Assembly (NCBI GenBank): GCA_052426225.1
Contig: JBNJNM010000015.1
Location: 1,612,001 to 1,676,000, forward strand
Direction of reading: 5' to 3'
Source: Zancudomyces culisetae HAW-14-8
Taxonomy: Eukaryota; Fungi; Kickxellomycota
Length of the DNA stretch: 64,000 nucleotides
Shown: piece by piece, positions 1 to 13,126 of the stretch
Layout: the number at the start of each line of letters is the position of its first letter
Numbering within the stretch: the first letter of the stretch is position 1
Program-made: the position numbers and the translations under genes
The notes under the pieces: model-generated
What the model was told of the DNA's origin: nothing
Seen by the model: the letters and a program-made list of their open reading frames with translations, nothing else
Databases searched by the model: none

Positions 1-3000
1 CCTCTGTCCGTCTTCTCTCCACAAGCTGCTTAACCACTTCATCATCACTCGTGTAACAATAAACCTGCTCATGCGGACCATAGTTGCTCAAAAATGGAGA
101 CTTAGCAGCCTTGTTCCAGATATGCTGGTCATAACTAGTCGTTGGAACCATCCACTCTCTACACGGCAACCCATACATCCTTTGGTAGATATTGCCCCGT
201 GGCATTTCCTGTTCCTCTGCCATCTTTACCTCCAACAACTTTTGCTTGGCTCTAAGCTCCTCAATTCTAGCCGCTTCTTCTTTAGCCTTTCGCTCTGCTA
301 CTGCTGCCGCTTCTCTAGCTGCTTGTTCTCGATACTCCATCACTTTACGTTTAACAAGTTGGAAAAACTTTACACGAACTCTTGCTACTCTTAACCTCTG
401 CACCATCTCATTCGCCCACCAATTCTGAATAACAAATACAGATCCCTTGTAGCTAATAAACCGGTTGCGCATAATCATTCGTCGTACATACTTTTGGATC
501 ACTGTCGCAGACTTTCCAAGCAACTGTTTACGCAAATGCTCCATTTTAGCCCATTGTCCAGCCCGGAAAAACACTTTGCTAAGCCCAACTTGGTACTGCC
601 GAGTATCCCCAATACACTCCCGCAATATCTCTTTGCTCAACTCTCGATCGGCATTCGTTATCCGCACCGTAATTTCCCCCTTTCCCTTTTCTCTATCTGA
701 ACTTCGTCTTCTTTCCATACTTGCTCCTGAAACAATTTTGTTTTTCTCATTCTCTTGTCCACGCTTATTCTCCAACTCCATAGGCTTTGGTGAACTATCC
801 TTCAACACCAAATCCAGTGTAGATTCCAATACCACTACCTCCTCCTCACTCGACTTGTCATAAAGTTTCACCAACTCCCTTCTTGTCTCCTCCGGAATCA
901 AAAGTCTGTATCTTTCATTAAACGTCAACAAATTTACACGCGACGGGTACCCCGATTTGCTTATCTTAATCGTCTCAATAACTCCACACGATCTCAACTG
1001 CGATGCAATCAATCCTGCCTCAAACTGCCATGACTGCTTATCAATATTCGTCTTTATACACCGAATATAATGCATATCCGTTGATGTGATCGTCGCTATC
1101 AGCTCATCTAGCGACTTTCTGAACACCACTCCAAGTGTCGGATACTGCTTCTTGAGTTTTGCTGTTCCTCCTACTCCTCCTCCTCCTCTTCCTGTTGATA
1201 TCGTCGTCTTGGCTCCCGCACTCTCTTTGTTCGACTTGATTGTAGAATGAGTAATCTCTTCAACCACCAACTCTCTCACAAATCCATTCGAACTGTTTTT
1301 CAACAAATCTATAATCTCCTCTGACACTGAATCCTTGTTCTTTTCTAAAAATCCTTCTCCCTCGTATACCACTGAGTATGCATAATGTTGTATTATAAAT
1401 CCTGTATTGGAAAATCTAGGCTTCCCAAAATAACTCGATACAATACTCTCTGTACTTTCTACCCCATTCCCATTCCCATTCCCACTATTACCTTCAATTT
1501 TGCGCTCTCGATTGCCCATAACCACATTCTCTTTCCCAAAATGATAATATAATTTCTCTATAAAACTCTTATCTGTCGCAGATTCCAATCTACACTGTTC
1601 ATCCAATATTGCCAATATCCCTAACCTCCCCTCAATAAGCTCAATACACGGCCGATTATCTCTAAACTCTATAAACTCCCAGTTTTCCAACTGCTCCCTC
1701 ACATATACCTCCTGTTCCAACTGGAGTACATGCTGATTAAAGTGCTGTTGCAACTTTTCGTTCGCATAGTTGATACAAAGCTGCTCAAACGAGTTGACTT
1801 CAAAATACTCAAACCCATATATATCCAATACTCCTACAAACAACTCGTTCGTTATCTCCTTTGTCTTTAGCGCTGAATTCAACGGTCCCAATATCCACCC
1901 AAACATCCGCGAATACAAAAACTTTGCCACTGAATCTCTCAACGCTATCCCTTGCGTTCGTGTAATTCTCGTCAATATTTTTTCTCGCTGTGCATCTATT
2001 GTCTTTTTCGTCAAATATTGCTCAAACTTTGTACTGTCTATTCCCAACAGCTCTGTAGCTGCTTTGAACGATTTGTCTTCACCATACACATCTATCAGTG
2101 CCCAGTTGTTGTCCGATGTTATCTCCACATTCCCAATATGCAAAATCGCCCCCAGCACTCTCCATATATCCTCTTGCTGTCCACTCTCAACCCCTACCAG
2201 CTCCAACGCCTCCCGTGTTTGCCCAAACTCATACACATCGTCAACGTCTTGAATATGTCCACACCCCCCTTTATTCAAATAGTTGAAATCTTTCCAACCT
2301 CTATTTCCAATTTTACACTTCTCTCTAATCCCCTCATCTGCCCCCGCAAGAAATTGATAAAAAATATGATAGTTCCTTTCCGTATCGGGGTAGTTACAAA
2401 CTCTAGATCGTTCCAACAAAAATGTCCGTGTGTCTGCCCCAACTATTGTTTGCTCATCAAAATCAAAGAATATCTCCAGGTATTTCCCAAACCTCGAAGA
2501 ATTGTCGTTTCGTGTCGTCTTCGCGTTTCCAAATGCCTCAAACACCGGATTGGTCGCCAATAACTGTCGCTCTACATGTGTCATGCTATTCCCACTCTCT
2601 CCCATCCGTGCCTGTGCAAAATATCGCATTATATGTTTGGCACTTGTTGTCTTTCCCGCTCCCGATTCTCCATATACTATAATACTTTGACTCCGCTTGT
2701 TGTTAGCCATTCCATTATACGCGTTTTCTGCTATTGCATACAAATGTGGATCGGTTTTATTCCCCGTTTGGCCAACATATTTTTTCATGTTTTTTTCTCC
2801 ATATAAATCTGTATGTGCGTATGGGTTAAGCGCAACAAGAAGTACTCCCGAATTTGTATATATCTTTCGTTTTTCAAAACGAACCCTCAAATCGTGCAGT
2901 ATTGCTGGCTCATTTAAATAGCTCAGGTTTGTCAAGTCATCAACTCCATCAAGCATCTCAGGGTTCCTCAGGTCTGGTAGCTCAAAGTGTGAATCTACTA

Positions 3001-3477
3001 TATCTAAAATCCCGGCTTTGTATGTGATTTTCACAACCCTTGGATCTTCTGTTTGCTCACGCACCCAGCTGCCTCCCTCTTCAAATTTTGATCTTTTTTC
3101 AAAATATCCATCATACTCCCTTTGATCCTCTATTTGTCTCAGTATTGTCATTGCCACTGTACCCTCTGCCTCATTTACTTTACATTCTTTTAATTTTCCG
3201 AGTTTCCATTCGTTTGGTCTACATGTTACCCATACCTCTGCCCCCTATTTTTCATTACACAAGTATTTACTTTTTCTTTTTATCTTTTGTTGATTCAGAA
3301 ATATACTAAAACTTGTGCTATTTAAAGTTAAATTTCTAAAATGCATTTATTCTCGGTATAACAACTTACCTTTACGTATGGATCCAGCAATCTCTCTAGC
3401 TTAGCTCTTTTCTTTGCACTGAGCACACCACTGGCTCTTCCTTCCAAGTTTTTGGATTCTGTTTTTGCATTTTGCAT
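1..3477 (-). CDS. Class V-like myosin heavy chain (Myo2/Myo52 family), 5' part; runs off the window at base 1
   Basis: Manual translation: exon 1 3477-3370 (MQNAKTES...DPYVK, GTAAG donor), exon 2 3244 to <1, open throughout. Motifs: DDLTNLSYLNEPAIL, P-loop GESGAGKTTSAKHIMRYFA, EAFGNAKTTRNDNSSRFGKY, switch II DIYGFE, NSFEQLCINYANEKLQQ, HYIRCIK, YQVGLSKVFFRAGQ, IQ motif IQKYVRR. Absent from the ORF track because there is no stop in the window. Confidence 0.93.
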
Positions 3478-6400
3478 CGTATATATTTTATTGTTCAAAC
3501 ACACTCCTCGTCAATAGCTGCTTATTTCATGTGTAAGAGTCAAAGTATGATAACTTCTTTATCTCTTGTTTCAGGCTGTAATGATCAACCAAAAGCCAAC
3601 CAGGTTTATAAGTTAGTGCTAATACTGCTGTTAATAAAGTCACAGAAAATAAAACAAGTTTGGTGGTGCCCTATTTTCCCCTTTTGTCCAGAACCTGTTC
3701 CACCTGTTACGTTTTTTATTTACAAACTTTTTTTTTTGTTTTTAAATGAAAATCCTCTAGTATCACTTTAATATTTCCTAGTATTTTATTTGTTTACTAG
3801 CGTTTTTGGTGTAACACAGCATAAAATCTATCTAAATATAAAGCAATTTTGATTATTTTTTTTCTTTTTTTTTTTTTGTTCTTGAGCTAGATATTCAAAT
3901 TAATTTATAATTCCGGAGTTTCTGTAACTTTTCTATCCAAAATTGGTGGGCAAAACCCAAAAAATCTAGAAATTAATAATAATATTAAAAATAATATTAA
4001 AATCCCTTTTACTCGCATAAGCCCAAACATTGCTCATCTTTTTTTCTTTTTGCCAATAGCTCCATACTTATTAACGCCAATCTATATATAATTTGCTTTA
4101 ATCCAGTTTTTCCAATAACCCTTGCCTTCTTGTTGTTTATGGTCTTTTGTTATTCGTTTATAAATCATACAACACATCCATAAAAGCTATGCCAGCCATT
4201 GTCCCACTCTCCCGTTTGGTGATAAAGCAGGAACCCTCCTCCTTCTATTTTGTTGTTTTTTTTTTCATTTGCCTGCTTTTTTTTTCTTTGCAGCTTGTGC
4301 ATGCAAGTCCTTGCTCATTCTGGACCTTTATGGCTTTTAATTATATCTGTCTGTTGTTATTTTTAAAATATAGTTAATATAAAAATAAAAATAGCCTAAA
4401 ATCAAGATCATAATGAACAGACTTTACATTATCTATATTAAAATTTGTTTTGGTTTTTTAATTTGGAAAGTATAATGGTATTTTTTTTTCACTTTGTATT
4501 ATTTTTTTTAGGTGCGCTATTTGTAATACTCGCCTCTTGGTTTAATGCACCTTTGCTCTATTGTCCTTAAAACCATATTAACTAACTTTTGGAACTATTT
4601 ACTTTGTTACGCTGTGATTTGTGCCATATTGGAGTAAAAATAAAACAAATTTGTGGTAATTATGTTCAGTAATTGAGAGCCCTGTTCTTTGTAGTTTATT
4701 GGACCCTTGCTTTTAAAGCATTTAATTATTATTAATATATGTTCCGCTACAACAAGAACAAAAATAAAAATAAAAATAAAAACACTTCCCTTTAATTACA
4801 TGGGCATATGCAAAGAGTACGTGGACTCTGTTTTGTTGGGCTTGCGATATACCAAAGCCACATTCATGTTTTCTAATATATTAAAAGGATCAACCAATGC
4901 GTACCATATGCACAATTATATTCGAATTAAAATCACTCTGGCCCTTTACTTTTCTCTCAAACTACCACTACTCTATGTCTCTCGCTGTTATTGTCTCATT
5001 ACTTGAAATATAAGAAAAAAAAGGTGTAGAGAAGCTATTGGGTATAAACTTTCAAACCAAAACAAGACTGTTTTCACAACCAACCTTGCATCAAGAGGGT
5101 AAACCATTTTTTTCAAGGTGAAACTATTTGTGTATACAAACTTGGCCGTTTATCTTGTAAGAGAATGAAACGTAATATCAACATCTACCAAGTTTTACTT
5201 TTCAAGAACATGCTCTTTTTTAGTATTGTACATCAGACAACACATTGTTCCCAACACAGTATGCGTAGATACTACGCAGAAATGAAACCTTGTTTTTCTT
5301 GTGATTTTGTGGATAAACGCAAGTGGTATCTGTAGCTTCTAATGCATTTGTGATACATTCTCTGTTACATATCTTAACTACAATTGATATTTCCTCTCCT
5401 TCCTACTTTTGTTAGCTTTGAACTATGATGATTTTTCTCATTGTATTTCCTCTAACTTCACTAAATCCCGGAATGATCTAAAAAAAATAATTGCAATAAA
5501 TAAATGTGTAACAACCATAGTAAATTGTATCCCCAAAAAAAATATATCACTCCAAAAAAAGTGGTAAAAAGTAATATTGGATGCTGTCTCACCCTTTTAA
5601 TTATGTGGGAAACATTTTTGCAACCAACTGAAGACACACAAGTACCATTATCCATCAACCAAGTTGAAAAAATCCAGTGGTAGCTATTTGTGGTTCTCAC
5701 TCCACTCCAATCCGCTCCGTTTTAGCTTGAGATTGCAACATTGTTAAATTTATTTGGTACTTCCTTCCCTCCAGAAATGTAATGTTGCATCTGAGAAATA
5801 AGCTTTTTATTTAGTTTAGCTTTTAGTGCTTGTACTTTGTTTAGTGAACCCTTTTTTGTGTAATTGATGCTTTATAATTTATATTTGCAATTTATTTATT
5901 TACTAAAAAAAATTTAAAGTTTAATTAGCTTTCGCTGTAACAATATTCTTAGTCACATTAGTATGAAAAAAGGGAAAAATCTGTCATGAACATAATATAC
6001 CACCAACGATCCTTCCTTTAGTGAGGGGAAGGAAGGGAAGAGGGTATATTTTTTATTGCCGTTAACGTAGTTTCATTTTTTTAAATTAAAGTTTAGCTCA
6101 ACAAACCTTTACAATATCCCGTAACTACAACGTGTTTGTCATACTCAGGAAAATACACCGTTTACAATACGCTGTGTTTTTTACAATGTTCTGAACCCAG
6201 CTTTGTGGAAAACCTGTCGCAAAAAACAAAAAAATATATTAGCATGACTAATCCTCAACTCCTTTAATGTCTCTCTCCCTCCCCCCTCCCCGCCACTCCT
6301 ACACTCATTTTTTTTATAAAAAAAAACAACTAAAGAACCTCTTCATGGCGTTTTGTTTTGATGTTGTTATGTATTAATATGGCTAGATTAACTTTGTGAA

Positions 6401-6499
6401 TGTGGGATGCAGATAGTGCCGGTAAAAGCGAGTTAATATGCTTCGGCGTATTAATGATACAAAAGAAAAGTGCATATTCGGAGGTCTTAGGAAATGCGC

Positions 6500-8172
6500 T
6501 TAGGATGAGCGCACAATGTACAATGTTACACCCGCAGCAATCGCAATTAGTAACAATAGAAGTACTACTATCCATTGTTTCTAGTTTTAGATATTAATTA
6601 CATTTAATTAGTAAAATATAAAGAACTAATCGATAAAATAACCACTTTGTTCTAGTATATTCCGATCAAAACCAGAGTATCAGCAAAAATAAATAAATAA
6701 ACTCACCTTTCTTGTATTTTTCACCTGTTTAATTGCCATATCTGTCTGATACACAGCTTCCTCCATATACACTGATGCACTCTCGACTGCTTCTTCAATG
6801 CTATCTATTGTAGACTGCTGTTCCTCAATAGCGACGTTTATTTCATGAATCAGCACTAACAGATCTGATATTCCCTTTTCTATCTGAATAATACTTTTGT
6901 TTCTCTCCGTAACTTCATTCAACACATTTTTCGCATTGGTAAACCTACCAGATTTTAATACTGCGTGTAGAAATACATCGTACGACTCATCGCCATCTAT
7001 CGCATTATCTATTTCTTCCTGCTTGGCATTTGGGTTTGCTATTAAAAATTGTCTCACCAGCCTTTGTTTGTTTTGTTTTTCATAATCCCGCTTATAGCTC
7101 TGGTATCTTGTTACCAGATCTAAAAACATCTTGTTGTATGCCTGAGCCTTTCCATACCTTGTAACTCTTTGTGCTTTTGATAATGATTCGCGGTCGGATT
7201 CATCCTTCAAGGCTATAACGTTAAATCGCGTATAAGTTTTGTTGTTGCTTTTTGTCTATACGAATTTTCACAATAACACAAGTATAATCCCTACAGACAA
7301 CTTGTTTTTATATTAATAATAATATTATTATTAATAAAAGAAATGCTGAATAAAACGAAATAAAGAAGCACTTGTTGGGATTTCATATACTCCTACCTTT
7401 CAAGTTAACTTTGATTTGATATATCGAGTTGTTAATACTATTCACATACTGTGTTCTTGTAGAGGTTTTGCCCTTAAACTCGTTATAATCCGCTGTTAGT
7501 ACCAACTCATCAAATGTTTCTACATATCTATCTAGCAAGTTATTCAGTTGTTCGAGTTGATTTTTCGCCTTATTGGTCTATTATTTGATTTTTTCCGTAG
7601 GGTGTTTTTTTTATAATACATTTTTACAAGTTAAATAACACTGCTGTAAATAAATGCTTTTTGAGTATATTAAAACACCAAGTCTAGTTATAATGTATGC
7701 CCATTATAAGTATTCTCAGTTTTACATACCAATAATAAGCAAACCAGTTATATACAGCTACCTACTTGACACTTACCAGTTCATAAAAATCATCATCTTG
7801 GCTGCCAGAAGTTGTTGTCTTTACTTCCTCGCTTTTCATGCTCATGTCTATCCTATGCTCAGAACGGCGACTGCTAGCTCCACCCTCGCGGTTGTCTAAC
7901 TTACTCTATGGTTTTATATTATGTTTTCTTAGTCCATGCATATTCATTATTTTTCACTCTATCTGCTTCTAAACATTTATTTATTTATCTCTCTCTCTCT
8001 CTCTCTTTCTTTGTTTTTAAGTATGTATGCTATAAATTCTAATATGCTAATACACCTTTTTTTGTCTCTAAAACTGGTAAAAATATATCTACTATGCACA
8101 TGTATGTACATATGTAGCCTGTTCGACCTGTAAATATTCCATACTTGCAGTACTTACTCTAAGCCTATCCAT
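6500..8172 (-). CDS. SSO1: Plasma-membrane syntaxin (Qa-SNARE, Sso1/2-like), multi-exon
   Basis: ORF 6680-7210 has Habc end and SNARE motif (ERNKSIIQIEKGISDL...EEQQSTIDSIE). Last exon 6580-6500 gives KQWIVVLLLLLIAIAAGVTLYIVRSS* (TM anchor). Upstream exons near 7578-7397 and 7907-7778. The start (MDRLR, ATG 8172) is tentative. Confidence 0.85.
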
Positions 8173-11100
8173 TATCTCTATTATCTATCGGATATTTACT
8201 TCATCAGTGGATTAGAGCTGTAAAGTGTTAATTATTATAAAAAAAACAACAAAATATTACAAGTTACATACAGTGTATGTAAAAGCATATTCCTGCTATA
8301 TAAATATTAAGACTAGGTTTTATTTTGCTAGTCAAAAGACTGTCTAAACTTTTGTACTAGGTACTCAATTCCACATGCCGATTTACTTTTCTATTTATTA
8401 TTTTGGTGATAGTGCATACTGTTATTAAAAATAACAGTAAGAATACAAAATATGAACTAAAGCGCTACACAATATCCATTACCGAGTACTCGACCCTGGG
8501 TCAGGAAATACTGCACCACAGTCTCCAGGTCGAGTAGTAACTACTGGAATTTTCTAAATCCATTTGGAATGTCAGGCTTTCGCATGTATTGTATTCAAAT
8601 TTAATCATTTGTTTGCTTTACAAGAATTCTTTCTTCTTCCTTCTTCCTTCCACTCCCCTTTTTTAAAAATAAGTGAAAGGCATGAGTATACTAACAACCG
8701 ATAATCAAGTGAAAAAAAAATCACCCTTTGCAGATCACACAAAACAATGACAAATGGTAATAAAATATGGCCATCATGAGGTTTTCTTTCCCATCGCGAA
8801 AATTCTTACAAGCGTTAGTTTTCGTTTTACCATTATCACCACTCCTCTACAAAACTTCCGCTTCCACCTCTCTGTTCTTTTTTTTTTTCATTGGGAATTA
8901 AAGAACATTTCAACACACACGGTTTTCAATTTTTTCGCTTTATGAGCCGGAAATAATCCTTTTCCCAAGTTTAACACAAATAAGAGCAATTAATAAAATA
9001 CAAATTAGTGAAAAAAAACTAAGCTACCAACACTCTTCGTGTATACTTTTATCCATTATGCGTCATTTGGTTACAACTATTGTATTATCTACAGGTAACT
9101 GTGTATAAAGGAAAAAATGAGCTAATTCTAGACTAATATCGGCATAATAGCCGCGGTTCTTTAATTGCACTTATCACATTATCAAAAAAAAAGTTATGGG
9201 ATTTGGGGAGGGGTAATGAGTTGTTACTCGGATATTCTTATTTCGAGGTAATGATGTCGATTAAACAAGGATACCAAAAAAAGAATCTCACAAAAGAACA
9301 AAACCCCCGCTTCCGCATAGGAAAAATTACTTTCATTTCCAAAGGGGCATGAATAATATTTACGGAATTTACGCTAGTATTTGGAATACCTGATTTACCA
9401 TTACCGTTGACTATCAATGAATGATTAACATAACCAAATAAATGATTGTTGTAATGCACACTGACTAACTATAAACATTTGCACCTCAATCCACGCTATT
9501 TACAGCATTGAGTATAATAGGCATCTTGTGCCCGGTTCTAGTTAATTTTCGTTTATTGTTTGGTTATAGACATATTTACGTATCCGTTGGTACAAAAAAA
9601 AAAGGATATAAATAGTCAAAATTAATGAGAATCAAAACCACTGGGGGGCTCGTATGAACGGTTAATCTTCACTCATCGTCCACATAACATTTACATAGAT
9701 ACATCCGCATTCACATTCACCCCAATACCTATACCCATATAAAGTAGCACCGTCACATGCCTCCGATACATTTTCTGCAAGTTTTTCACCCGCTTTTTAA
9801 CCTAAAAGGAAATTGTTTTACCCTGGAGTTAAAAATAGGTGGGGATGTTATAATGATTATCCCAGTGCTACAACTTTTTTTATGAGCTCTAATTTCCATT
9901 TTTGGCTTTTGGTTTTTTTGTTTCCATAAAGTCCACAGATGTGGAAACATATAAAAACCATTGGAGTAAAGTTGTACCTTTTTATTAACATCAATGTTTA
10001 CTACAAAAAATTATTGTTAAATGCGAGGTTAGGCTGACTCATTATCAGAAAAAACAGAGGTATAGCTTCCTAGGGTCCTGCATGCTACAACAGGTGAGGA
10101 CATCATATCAAAATAAATCATTGTCGCAAATATTTAAAACACAACGTTACAATCACAAGACCTCCACATGTTAAGAAAATCGGGTTATATACTATCAAAT
10201 GATAGGAATAAAAGAACGTTAACCTAAAAAAAATGCCTCCTTTTCTCAAGTCTGTGATCTAAGCTTGTCGCTTATTACCATAGCCAAAAAGGCTGGTATA
10301 GTGAACAGGATTGACCCCCCTTAACATCCAAAAAAACGGCGTGGACTTATTGCCTGTATATTTTAGACTTATTTTGTTTTAGTAGAATCATCATGTACAT
10401 TGTACTACAATCACAAGGACAAAAAAATCTATAAAAAAGTAAAAAACAAAAGCAACAGCAACAGCATTTGGCTTGAGAAAACTTACTAGATTTTTTAGAG
10501 ACACGTGTAATGCGTTTGTATAAATAAAGAATAATTGGCGTATTATTGTTTATATATTCTTATCTCAAACATTTTTCTTTCTACAAAAGGAATTGTAAAG
10601 TCGATTTAGCTTTATTTTAAGCTGGGTAAAGTAAACAAACACGCTCATATTTACGATGTTTAGTTTGAGAATATGTTTTCAGACTGGGTTCCATTTCTGC
10701 TGAAATGAATTTTATTCCACAAATAACAGAACCCAGGGCTTTGAAAAAAAAAACAGACCTAGTATTAGTAATCCAAGACGAAAATCTGAACATTTTGTTC
10801 ATAGGGGCTATAACAAGGAGAATTTGCAAAGTAAGGATGTAGTAGAATAAGTACTCTTTTTTTTTGTATTTGTGAACAGTTAAAGGTGTTTTCAGCCTTA
10901 AAATAGCAAAGAGAAAGGCATGAGATATTTAAAGGGTGGTGTGAGCCAGTTGATGTATATTGGTTTGAGAGAATGGTGAATAGATGGCTGGAGATGAGAG
11001 AAGTTATCTAAAATGTTGTCTAATATTTATTAAAGTGCTAGATTTGACTATCGGTTCTAGTGGAGTCTCAGAAACACATACGTATATGGACTACGTTTTT

Positions 11101-11557
11101 TTACAGGCAATCGGTGTTCTTTCCGTCGATCCTAAAAAGAAAGAAAAAATGGTACATCCACACCTGATAAAGCAACCAACATGGAAAATGTTCAAATGAT
11201 AGCAAAAATAAGACGTAAATTTGATGTTGGTGTATCGCGATTGCCTGATATTTGTGCGTAGAATCGAGTGAGGCAGGAAGCTGAGATGACTAAATGGGTC
11301 CATTTTGTGAACAGTTTATGGGCCAATTATTACCAGGGAATTCAACGTCACATTTCCAAAAGATATGGTAATCAATCGCTGACTCTGCTTCCTTTTATTT
11401 TTTTTTGTTGGTTTGATTTGCTAATGGGACACACAATAAAAAAATATATGTAATTTTCTTATCACGCTAATTTCTTAGTGATATGAAAAAAAAAAGAAAG
11501 ACAGAATCAGTCTTGTTGCACCAATATTCGTAGAAAATAACACAGCCTTAGCACACA

Positions 11558-11950
11558 ATGAACAATCCGCTAAAACTTTATAGACAGATTCTAAGAGCAC
11601 ATAGATTGCTGCCCAATGAATTCAGGCTGATTGGAGACATGTATGTAAAACAAGAGTTCCGACTTTTCAAGGCAGTGACAAATCCCGACCAACTAAGCGC
11701 TTTCAATACTGAATGGAACACATATCTAAAGACTCTTTATTTGCAACTCGGTGCAGAAACTCAATCTCAGCATGGCGAAACGGCCTCATTTAGCGACAAA
11801 AGTGACACACTCGGTTCAGCCAATCAAGGAAGCTTGAAGCTAGGCAAAAATCTGGACGATGAGATTATTCAGACCATTTCGCACGATAGAGCTGAGCAGC
11901 TGTTGGAGTTGAATGAAGCAGTTTCAAGTGTATATAAGAATTCGGAGTAG
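11558..11950 (+). CDS. SDH7: Succinate dehydrogenase assembly factor 3 (Sdh7/ACN9, LYR family)
   Basis: PLKLYRQILRAHRLLPNEFRLIGDMYVKQEFR...FNTEWNTY...LGKNLD...EQLLEL matches the SDHAF3/ACN9 pattern. Confidence 0.88.
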   Translation: MNNPLKLYRQILRAHRLLPNEFRLIGDMYVKQEFRLFKAVTNPDQLSAFNTEWNTYLKTLYLQLGAETQSQHGETASFSDKSDTLGSANQGSLKLGKNLDDEIIQTISHDRAEQLLELNEAVSSVYKNSE

Positions 11951-12391
11951 AACAGCGAATGCTTATCACGCAGTGTGTTACAGATGTTCTAGTCACAGTA
12001 AAAATGAAAACACAAAGTCATGCGGTTGCTTCCGTAGCTGTATAGCGGGGGGAAGTGGATGTATGATTTATATAGAATGGTACTCACAAAAAGTTTATAG
12101 ATTTAAGGACCATAAGAAAAAAGAAGTAGCATTTATTGCCATTTTGTTTATTTTCCTTTGTTTTAAATAATATGAATGTTATACACAATTACATCAAATA
12201 TAAATACAAATAAATATAGACGTAGATATAGATATAGATATAGATATAGGTGGGTATGAAGCCACATTTCCCGCTCCGTATTCGTCTTGGTTGCTAGTTT
12301 GAAGTTGCTGAGATGAAAAGGCATGCGTTATAGTAACATAGCAAACATTCTTGGAAAGTGGCGGGTAAATATACGAGAAAGCAGCTTGAGT

Positions 12392-12787
12392 TCATTTAGC
12401 AGCTTTTTGCAGGAGGTCAATGTAGTATTGAATATCTTTATTATCTAAAAATACCTTGAGCCTCTTTTCTCTAGCCTTCATGCCCTGGATGATTTGGATG
12501 TCAGCTTTACGAATTTCCAGGACCTCTGAAACATAGTCGGTCACCTCCTTGTTTGCTTCACCGTCTCTGGGCGGTGCACTAATTTGAATATTGATATACT
12601 CCGAATCTATGCTCATGACTTGTGAGATTTTCGCACCAGGTTTTACTCTAATAGAAAATATTGCGTATTTTGGGTCGTTGAATAATTTAACTGGGAGTGC
12701 TGGTTCAGGTTGGTTAGTAGAGCTATCGAGTGTAGTGCTCTTTGTTGAGTTTTTGTCATTCTTTTTGTGTTTAGAATTCTTTTTCAT
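12392..12787 (-). CDS. UPF0235/DUF167 (YggU, C15orf40-like) protein
   Basis: IRVKPGAK...INIQISAPPRDGEANKEV...IIQGMKAREK is the DUF167 signature. Confidence 0.88.
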   Translation of the reverse strand: MKKNSKHKKNDKNSTKSTTLDSSTNQPEPALPVKLFNDPKYAIFSIRVKPGAKISQVMSIDSEYINIQISAPPRDGEANKEVTDYVSEVLEIRKADIQIIQGMKAREKRLKVFLDNKDIQYYIDLLQKAAK

Positions 12788-13126
12788 CTATTTAAGGAAT
12801 TTGTACTTTTGGGATGGTCGGAATTATAGAATTTTAAAAGTAAAATGAAAATAAATAACCACAAAAGTACAAAACCAATATCTTACACTTGAGTAGCGGT
12901 TTAAAGCGATAGTATTGTTGCACAATGATTGTTTACCAAGAAATGTATTGCACGGTGAAAGAAAGGAATATAATAGTTTAAGAGGCGCTAATCTTTTCTG
13001 CGACATTCGGTTGTTTTAAGCCTAGACGATTATTTTATTAATTATTAAGAGAGTATTGCAAGGCAATGATAGAATAAATAGAAATAAAGCGGTTAAATCT
13101 AGCCAAAATTCAATCAAAAGAAAAAA

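Noticed and set aside
71-3309. Many + strand ORFs of 60-200 aa
   Set aside because: They are antisense to the continuous myosin frame and have no recognisable motifs.
3480-6499. Short ORFs between the myosin start and the syntaxin stop
   Set aside because: Homopolymer-rich non-coding composition; no recognisable protein or RNA family.
8200-11500. Short ORFs (60-75 aa) in the long intergenic region between the syntaxin and SDH7 genes
   Set aside because: AT-rich, F/I/K/L-biased translations with no motifs or consistent exon chain.
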